Shown: positions 56,292-64,000 of the stretch, piece after piece
How the letters are laid out: each line of letters begins with the position of its first letter
Numbering within the stretch: the stretch's first letter is position 1
From: Octopus bimaculoides
Lineage: Eukaryota
NCBI RefSeq assembly: GCF_001194135.2
Contig: NC_068993.1
Coordinates: forward strand, 15,254,194 to 15,318,193
Reading direction: 5' to 3'
DNA length: 64,000 bases
Program-made: the position numbers and the translations under genes
Notes under the pieces: model-generated
The model's database searches: none
Seen by the model: only the letters and a program-made list of their open reading frames with translations
What the model was told of the DNA's origin: nothing

Positions 56292-56572
56292 GTGGCTGAG
56301 GGGGTGCAGAACGAGAGGAGAGTACTGAAATGAAAGTAAAAGCGTTCGAAATGGAAGTGACCTATTTACTCATAGGTTGATATAAGAATTGATTTAATGA
56401 TTAAATAGCCATCGATTCATTGATTAATTCATTCATTGATAGATAAGTAGAAAAGAAAAGAGATAGATAAAAATATCAAATTTATTAATGACAGCAGAGA
56501 ATGTTGTTTTCTAGTATGACTTCTTCATCGATCTGTATTTCATTTTGTTGTTTTAACGAAATTAATAAGCAG

Positions 56573-56676
56573 CTCAAGCCGATGCTCCAAGGGAGGAGAG
56601 AGTGAAAGAATTCTTGGAGCATAATATAGGAGTAGCAGAGGACGTGGACATTGTGGTGTGTACCTTGATACGGCTG
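56573..56676 (+). CDS. Weak exon candidate QADAPREERVKEFLEHNIGVAEDVDIV(VCTLIRL*)
   Basis: AAGCAG| acceptor and protein-like open frame; only a weak GTGTGT donor at 56656; phase 1 start does not follow exon C directly. Confidence 0.2.
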
Positions 56677-57089
56677 TAACCTTTGCGTAGACGTTTTAGT
56701 TATCGACTGAAAAAATGAGTGAACTTTAAATATTATCTTCAAACTGAAGAATATTGTCAAAGCCAGAAAGACAGAACGTAAAAACTTAACCGAGACAAAG
56801 CATGCACAATGTATATCAGATATGACTGGAAGTGGCTGATATACATACATAATGATGATGGTGGTATCTTGTAGTCCGAGAAAGACGGTTGTATAATTTA
56901 TTGTTGGTCAGACTGCAGAAAAGATTTGTTTATAGAGATCAAACATTTGTGCTATACTTTAGCACACTCTCTTCATTAAGTTAACGTTACCTAGACAAGT
57001 GCACGGTGTACCAAACGTCAGGTGAAGTGAGTAAACATTAGGTCAAATAGAACATAATATTATTTAGAAGTTTCTTTTGTTTTGCTTTT

Positions 57090-57260
57090 TACTTGTTTCA
57101 ATCATGTGACTGCGACAGTCCTGAGGCAGAACAAATCGAACGCGGGTACTTGTTTTTATAGTCTGGTACTTATTCTATCAGACTACTTTCGCTGAATTCC
57201 TGAATTACGAGGGCGTAATCAAAAGAAAAAAACACTGGTTGTCAAGTGATAGTGTGGGAC
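57090..57260 (-). mobile_element. SINE family C 3' half
   Basis: CTTGTTTCAATCATGTGACTGCG...CTGGTACTTATTCTATC. Confidence 0.65.
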
Positions 57261-57539
57261 AAAAACAAACACACACGTATATATATATATATATATATAT
57301 ATATNNNNNNNNNNNNNNNNNNNNNNNNNNNNNNNNNNNNNNNNNNNNNNNNNNNNNNNNNNNNNNNNNNNNNNNNNNNNNNNNNNNNNNNNNNNNNNNN
57401 NNNNNNNNNNNNNNNNNNNNNNNNNNNNNNNNNNNNNNNNNNNNNNNNNNNNNNNNNNNNNNNNNNNNNNNNNNNNNNNNNNNNNNNNNNNNNNNNNNNN
57501 NNNNNNNNNNNNNNNNNNNNNNNNNNNNNNNNNNNNNNN

Positions 57540-57646
57540 TATTGTTGAGGAACAAACTTATTACCACGCAGTCAAACCAGCGTCAGTAAAAAGCTATGTG
57601 CATCAACTATATATTTACCCCACTGACAAAGAAATTATACCTATAG
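57540..57646 (+). CDS. Exon D (5' end lost in N gap 57305-57539); IVEEQTYYHAVKPASVKSYVHQLYIYPTDKEIIPI(G)
   Basis: Open frame from the gap edge to AG|GTTACG (weak donor, phase 1), matching the phase-1 start of exon E. Confidence 0.5.
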
Positions 57647-57751
57647 GTTACGTTACGACAGGCAGTCGCTAAACTATTTTTTAAATTGTTGACAGTTTCC
57701 TAAACGCTTATATTGTCGAACAGATACTTAAGACAGAATCTGTTATCGTAA

Positions 57752-58200
57752 AGGCAGCGGGCTGACAGAACCGGCGGCGAGCTGGCAGAAACGTTAGCAC
57801 ACCGGGCGAAATGCTTAGAGGCATTTCGTCTGCCGTTACGTTCTGAGTTCAAATTCCACCGAAGGCGACTTTGCCTTTCATCCTTTCAGGGTCGATAAAT
57901 TACATACTAGTTTACGCACTGGGGTTGATATAATCGACTTATTCCCTTTGTCTGTCCTTGTTTGTTCCCTCTATGTTAAGCCCCTTGTGGGCAATAAAGA
58001 AATAAGAAAAGTTGGGCGTCGATTTAAGTGCGCAAAAGCATTTCTTTCGGCTCTTTATGTTTTGAGATCATATTCCGCTAAGGTCACGATTGCTTTTCTT
58101 TCTTTCACGGTCGATAAATTAAGTACCAATAAAGGGCGGTAATCTATGAACTTGATTTGCCTAAAATTGCTGAGCTTGTGTTAATATTGTATTTGAAACT
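57752..58200 (+). mobile_element. Younger family A variant (57773-58010) nested inside an older family A copy
   Basis: Host head GGCAGCGGGCTGACAGAACC stops at 57772 and resumes at 58011; the insert has a different tail ending CCCCTTGTGGGCAATAAAGAAATAAG. Confidence 0.75.
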
Positions 58201-58733
58201 ATTATTATACAAATGCTCACGTTAACAAAAAAAATGTGTCTCAGAAAAATTTATTACATTTGAACAACATGGAATTCGGAAACCTTATTACGTACTGTAA
58301 CAGTCAATTGCAAGCATAATTATGAGAAGTGTAAGAAGGAATACAATAAAGCATTTTGATTGAGGAACCGTTGTTATAAACGTAGTAATGAATGTAAAAC
58401 AACCTTCATAATACTCAGTAGCATAGACCAAATTAATCGGTCTTGTATCAGAGAATCAACAACGGAAGCATGACATTGGAGTATGTTATAGCGGTATTAA
58501 TTTTAGGCTTTTATTAGTTTCTACATTTGATGCCGCTATAAATATACGAGAGAATAATGAAAAAAAAAAGGGTTCATTTTACATCGTTGAATGTGGCATG
58601 AATATATGGATCGCCTGATTATCTAGAGGAGTTCAGATTCGCTTCAGGTGTTTTTCCTATTGGCATCCTGAAGCGGAAATGTGAACTTGAAATCAATAGT
58701 CAAACTGACAAAAATCCTTGTTAAATTATACAG

Positions 58734-58948
58734 GCATTAGTTCAGGTTGGCACACATACATGTGTTATCTATTAAAAACAAGATGGCCGTTGCTAGCTAA
58801 AGTTTTGGATCTGCGCCATGACAGGACACGAATCAACGACCAGCCGTCTAGTGTACTGACACTCTATTTAATCAGCCTGCTAAGAGGATGCATGGATGAA
58901 TGCAGCAGTTTTAGAAATGCTTACAACATTGACATTTGTAATATTGTG
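58734..58948 (+). CDS. Exon E; (G)ISSGWHTYMCYLLKTRWPLLAKVLDLRHDRTRINDQPSSVLTLYLISLLRGCMDECSSFRNAYNIDICNIV
   Basis: TACAG| acceptor at 58733; 215 nt open with protein-like composition; candidate donor GTG|GTACGC at 58948, or read-through to TAG at 58964-58966 followed by GTAAAA. Confidence 0.65.
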
Positions 58949-60153
58949 GTACGCGTTTATAGCTAGGTAAAAATATTATTGCTTTAAATGAAATATTAAA
59001 ATACTACATGTCTATTACAAATCAACAATTAAGTCAGCGAAAGAACGTATGGTATTCTCACGTTTACAAAATGTTGAATAAGAAAAAAATATGCGGTAAA
59101 ATTATATGTTTGTTGATAACTCGTGGATTTATTATTTTTTTGATAAATATGGAAGTAACCTTTGAAAATGCTTTGCTATTTTGTAGGAAATATACACCTA
59201 AATATTAAGTTTTTAATTATCAAGAAAGAAAATAAAAGAAACGTGAATATATCCTTAGAATAGTCCAGAATTCTAATTTTCCTCCTTACGACAATTGAAA
59301 GAGCATAATAATTGTCATACACTGTGTCAGATGTGACTGGTCACTGAAAAATACCCCCAAAATAAGATTAGTATTTCACTCTTAGTATGATACTTGTAAG
59401 TCACCTATTTTTAACACCGAATGTTTAGAAATTATCTCCATTTTCTTTGCGACATGCGAACAATAGCCACAACGTTCCCCATTAAATTATCGAAATGAAA
59501 CTAATTTTTCATTCATTTAGAAATTATTTGCAGTCACTAAGTACAGCATTGAACTAAAATATAATATATAATACATATGATACGTATATGTGGATATATA
59601 TATATATATATATATATATANNNNNNNNNNNNNNNNNNNNNNNNNNNNNNNNNNNNNNNNNNNNNNNNNNNNNNNNNNNNNNNNNNNNNNNNNNNNNNNN
59701 NNNNNNNNNNNNNNNNNNNNNNNNNNNNNNNNNNNNNNNNNNNNNNNNNNNNNNNNNNNNNNNNNNNNNNNNNNNNNNNNNNNNNNNNNNNNNNNNNNNN
59801 NNNNNNNNNNNNNNNNNNNNNNNNNNNNNNNNNNNNNNNNNNNNNNNNNNNNNNNNNNNNNNNNNNNNNNNNNNNNNNNNNNNNNNNNNNNNNNNNNNNN
59901 NNNNNNNNNNNNNNNNNNNNNNNNNNNNNNNNNNNNNNNNNNNNNNNNNNNNNNNNNNNNNNNNNNNNNNNNNNNNNNNNNNNNNNNNNNNNNNNNNNNN
60001 NNNNNNNNNNNNNNNNNNNNNNNNNNNNNNNNNNNNNNNNNNNNNNNNNNNNNNNNNTATATATATATATATATATATATATTCTTTCACATACATACTA
60101 CGCGTATATGTGTATGTATGGTCTTATATATATATATATATATACATATACGT

Positions 60154-60194
<41 letters not shown>

Positions 60195-60948
60195 CTGTGT
60201 ATATATATATAAATTGGATGAGCGAAAAAAATAAACGTATGGGACAATATCTATCTGCTTAAGGCACGTTAGAAGTGTGAGTAGTAAGATCATAAAGAAA
60301 AAAACAGTAATGAAACAAATCAAATAAAAAAAATAAATGAAATAAATAAACGGAAAATACAACGACAAAGAGGAAAATACATTGAATATCAAAGAAATAC
60401 ATAACCGAGGGATATCTAGTTTATGCCATATTTCTGTACGTATTAGAGATGACGAACAGAAATCAATTTATGGATTAATTCGTAGCATTCACCAATGCAT
60501 TTTGCTCTCCACTATAAAACAAGTAATAAACACACCATATGCATAATCAATTGTACTCTAATAATCAGAATGGTGTTTCGCTATATGCGTATGTATGTGT
60601 GTGTGTATGTGTATAAAAGTGTGTGTGTCATTGAATGAGTGTATGTGTATTAGTGTGTTCGTGTATGTGTGTGAGTGTGTTTGTGCGTGAGTGTGCGTGT
60701 GTGTCTGTATGTGTGTACGTGTGGCTATCGTGTTCTTATCTTTTTGTGACTATGTACATACACTGTATCATCACACACATATACACACACGAACATATAT
60801 ACACACACGTACATGTATACACGCAAGCATGCTTGTATATATGTTACTCTCTCCTACGTGCCCACTCATAACCTTTGCTTTCTGCTTGCACATACGTATA
60901 TATGTGTGTGTGCATGTGCTAGTGTGTGTGTCAATATCTATATATTTT

Positions 60949-61013
<65 letters not shown>

Positions 61014-61845
61014 CACAACACATACACACGCACATATATATGTATGTATGCATATATCTGTGTGTTTTCGGAAAGAGATAGAGGTTCGGAAGGAGTCAAG
61101 GAGAGATGGAGAGACGTGATGGAGAGAACAAAGGGAAAAGAAAGAAAAGAAAAAGAGCGCAATAGATATATCATACATATATTTGCAACTTCGTTTCTAT
61201 ATACACAGTATTATTCTACATAAATTCATGACAGGCAAATACACACACACATATGCACTTACACACATACACGCACTTACGCACACGCACGCACACACAC
61301 ACACACACGCACGCACACGCACGCACGCGCACATGCACATATGCACACAAATACGTATATATGCGTAGATGAGAGAAATGCCTGTACGTGTTTGCTTCCG
61401 AATGTCTCTATAAAGTTGGCTTCAAGATAACATGGCTTTGACTAGGGATATTTGATATCGTTATAGTATATGGATATTTTATTCGCTTCTATCGCTGTGT
61501 GTTCTATTTCGTTTACTTGCTAAGATATATAATGGTTAACTATAGAGATAAGAAACATTTCGTGCTACCCGCTCTTATAAATAAAGAGGTGACCTGAGAC
61601 GAATTCAGTTTCATTCAAGCTGCCTACGAACGCCACATTGTGGTGGGTTGGCAGAATCGTTAGAATATTGGACAAACGTCTCTTGCGATATTTGTTCCTG
61701 GTCTTTTCATTATGAGTTCTTATCTGCTGATCTGAACTCTGTTTTCCTTCATTATTACAAGGTTGGGAACATACATACAATAGTCATGTACAGTGTTGAA
61801 TTTCATTGATTAATACTATAAAATTTCTTGTCTTGGGTCCATGTA

Positions 61846-62261
61846 CGAGGGTGGGCTGAAAATTTCATAGGCAGACTTTGAATGATGTATACTTGAGCTG
61901 TAAAATCTTGCATGCAATAACTTTAACCCGACTTATTAATAACCGCATTGTATCTTCTAGGTAAACTGAAATTCTATTGTTCAAGGACTATTTCCAAAGT
62001 AATTAGTAACGATTTTTCTTGAAAATTGGTCAGCATTTGGCATCATAATGTTATTAATGTTGTGTCGACGTCCCCAGGCGAAGAAGTAGGATCTCCCAAG
62101 ACATATAAATAGAGGAAGTCTGACCGTGGTAGTGTTGAGTAGCAGTCGAGTAGCGGTTCGGTAGAGATCATCCGAAGGTGCTAGATAGCAGTAACGTTGA
62201 GACATTACATTTAAGTACCTGCAGAAAAAAGTGTTTAGCCCCCAATGACATTCATGCTTAC
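61846..62261 (+). mobile_element. 5' fragment of a mariner (same family as 7295-8367), interrupted by a ~147-bp insert
   Basis: TA|CGAGGGTGGGCTGAAAATTTCATAGG TIR; the leader aligns with the reverse complement of 8225-8367; N-terminal KYLQKK..LAPNDIHA remnant at 62212-62261. Confidence 0.8.
62058..62204. mobile_element. Possible solo-LTR-like insert inside the mariner fragment
   Basis: TG...CA ends, imperfect terminal inverted repeat (TGTGTCGACG / CGTTGAGACA), internal TATAAATA; no clean TSD. Confidence 0.35.
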
Positions 62262-63050
62262 TTTTTCGACCTCGAAAGTCAAAGTCGGCCTCGGTCAAAT
62301 CAGAACTCAGAACATAAAGTCGGACGAAATGCCGCTCTGCGTTTTGCCTACCCGCTAACCACCCTGCCAGGAGAATTTCTAGTCAGTAGATGTTTGCTAT
62401 TCACAGAAGATTTCCTATGTTAGAACAGACAAGACAATGTTAAAATTCACATAAAAGTAAAAAGAACAAAGTTGTTTTGGTGAGTAACGGATATCAAAAA
62501 AAGATTATAGGCGCCTCTCAAGCAATAGGCTCGCAGAGCTGGTGTCCTTGGATTGTGTGAGGCCGGTCAGTTGCAGGCTTACCAATCTTTGGTCAGCCTG
62601 AGTTGACTGAGCAACGTGAAATGAAGTATTTTGATGAAGAATGTAAAATAAATTTAAATAATAGCTAATGAAACATTTAGGAAAAATAAGCATTCACTGG
62701 CGTAAAAGAGATATTCTTCAATGTTTAATATTAATTTTGTTGTTCTGCTCGTAAGAGAGAAGACTGTATAGAAATTTCGGGCTTATTCTGTCCTCGTTAG
62801 ACAGACATGTCTTTTATCTTTCACAATATTTTCTTTGGCGAGCTGGCAGAAAAGTTAGCACGCCAGTCGAAATGCTTAGCGGTACTTTGTCTGACTTTAC
62901 GTTCTGAGTTCAAACTCCACCGGGGTCGAATTCCCCTTTCATCCTTTCGGGGTCGATAAATTTAATACCAGATATGTACTGGAGTCGATCTAATCGAGTG
63001 GCCCCTCTACGCAAAAATTTCGGCTCTTGTGCCTAGAGTAGAAAATAATA
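62262..63050. mobile_element. Family A (-, 62262-62375), family B/D middle fragment (-, ~62580-62640) and family A (+, 62837-63050)
   Basis: Similarity to the other copies; 62837-63050 is near full length. Confidence 0.75.
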
Positions 63051-63485
63051 TTTTCTTCGGTAATCATGAAAATAATCGTTAATTAAATATACAAGATGCA
63101 CGTTTGAAGAACATAATTAGTTAGAATTCGTATATTTCAAACACGCCAAATTTAATTAAAAACAAAAATTAGTACGTTAATGTTATAGTGTTTAATGCAA
63201 AAAGTCTTGGAAATTTAACAATAAATGTATTCAAAGTTTTTGTCAAACACATCTAACAGCATGAGAGAAAATTAAAAGTCATGTATTTTTAAATAGTCAT
63301 TTCGGCAGATGATATTTTAGCATTTAAGAAATAGTATAATTTTTATTTAAACTTCATTTTAAATAGTTATTCATTTATTAAAAATCCGTGAGAATAAGTA
63401 TATCTCTTATTATGTTGCCAGAAGGTTTTTCCTTTATTCTTTTATTATTTTTCTCTTTCTTCTTTTTCGATTTGTTTTGTTACAG

Positions 63486-63579
63486 TAGCAGCAACATGAA
63501 AAATAGAATGTCTGGCAATTGTATTGAAGCATTACGACATAATTAACTGGAAATTGTATCGATGTATCTGTCAAATAAA
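63486..63579 (+). CDS. Candidate terminal exon (QQHEK* or QHEK* in phase 0, or 3'UTR exon) with AATAAA at 63574-63579
   Basis: Long polypyrimidine tract at 63425-63480 followed by CAG-TAG-CAG tandem acceptors (63485/63488/63491); the coding part is too short to verify. Confidence 0.25.
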
Positions 63580-63714
63580 TGAGAATACATAATTGAAGCC
63601 ATTTAGCATTAATAAATTATGTCCCATACCATTTTTAAGAGTCCTACTTTATAATTACTTATAAAGATTTATCTATAAACTATACTTATGTTTATTTTCA
63701 AACTTTCATGTCCA

Positions 63715-63850
63715 ACGCTGCCAGGTTAAGATGCTCGCTTTGGAACCAAATGACTTCGGGTTCAGTTTCGCAGCGCGGCACCTTGGGCGGGACTATACAT
63801 CTGGGACGATGGGTGCTTTGTGTGTTATGTTGGTAGCCGGAAGCTCGTCG
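63715..63850 (+). mobile_element. SINE family C 5' part
   Basis: GGGTTCAGTTTCGCAGCGCGGCACCTTGGGCGGG. Confidence 0.65.
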
Positions 63851-63887
63851 TACACACACACACACACACACAGAAACACACACACAG

Positions 63888-63934
<47 letters not shown>

Positions 63935-64000
63935 GACACAGAAACACACACACACATACATACTTACATACATATATATATATATATATATATACCTCCC

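Noticed and set aside
60436-60512. DDEQKSIYGLIRSIHQCILLSTIKQ followed by GTAATA
   Set aside because: Acceptor phase is incompatible with exon E and the splice signals are weak.

Overview
AT-rich, microsatellite-saturated, gapped eukaryotic DNA. The repeat families resemble, from recall, those of octopus (coleoid cephalopod) genomes; this assignment is an inference. Most of the window is intron of one + strand protein-coding gene that I cannot name. I found five phase-compatible exons by hand (1-55, 6765-6944, 30186-30243, <57540-57646, 58734-58948), four of which the ORF track misses, plus a possible last exon near 63486-63506. An IQ-like motif is formed across a 23-kb intron. The introns carry three mariner fossils (two families), three RTE-like LINE 3' fragments, a Penelope-like fragment, a hammerhead-like motif and dozens of tRNA-derived SINEs with shared, shuffled modules. 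Several SINE insertions are nested, two with clear 14-bp TSDs. There are also two ~200-250-bp fold-back (MITE-like) elements and a possible solo LTR. Nearly all listed ORFs are microsatellite or N-gap artefacts. I found no prokaryote-type systems or CRISPR arrays, and nothing I can call a new biological system with confidence; the best leads are the unnamed gene, the fold-back/dsRNA structures, the ribozyme-like motif and the SINE mosaicism.
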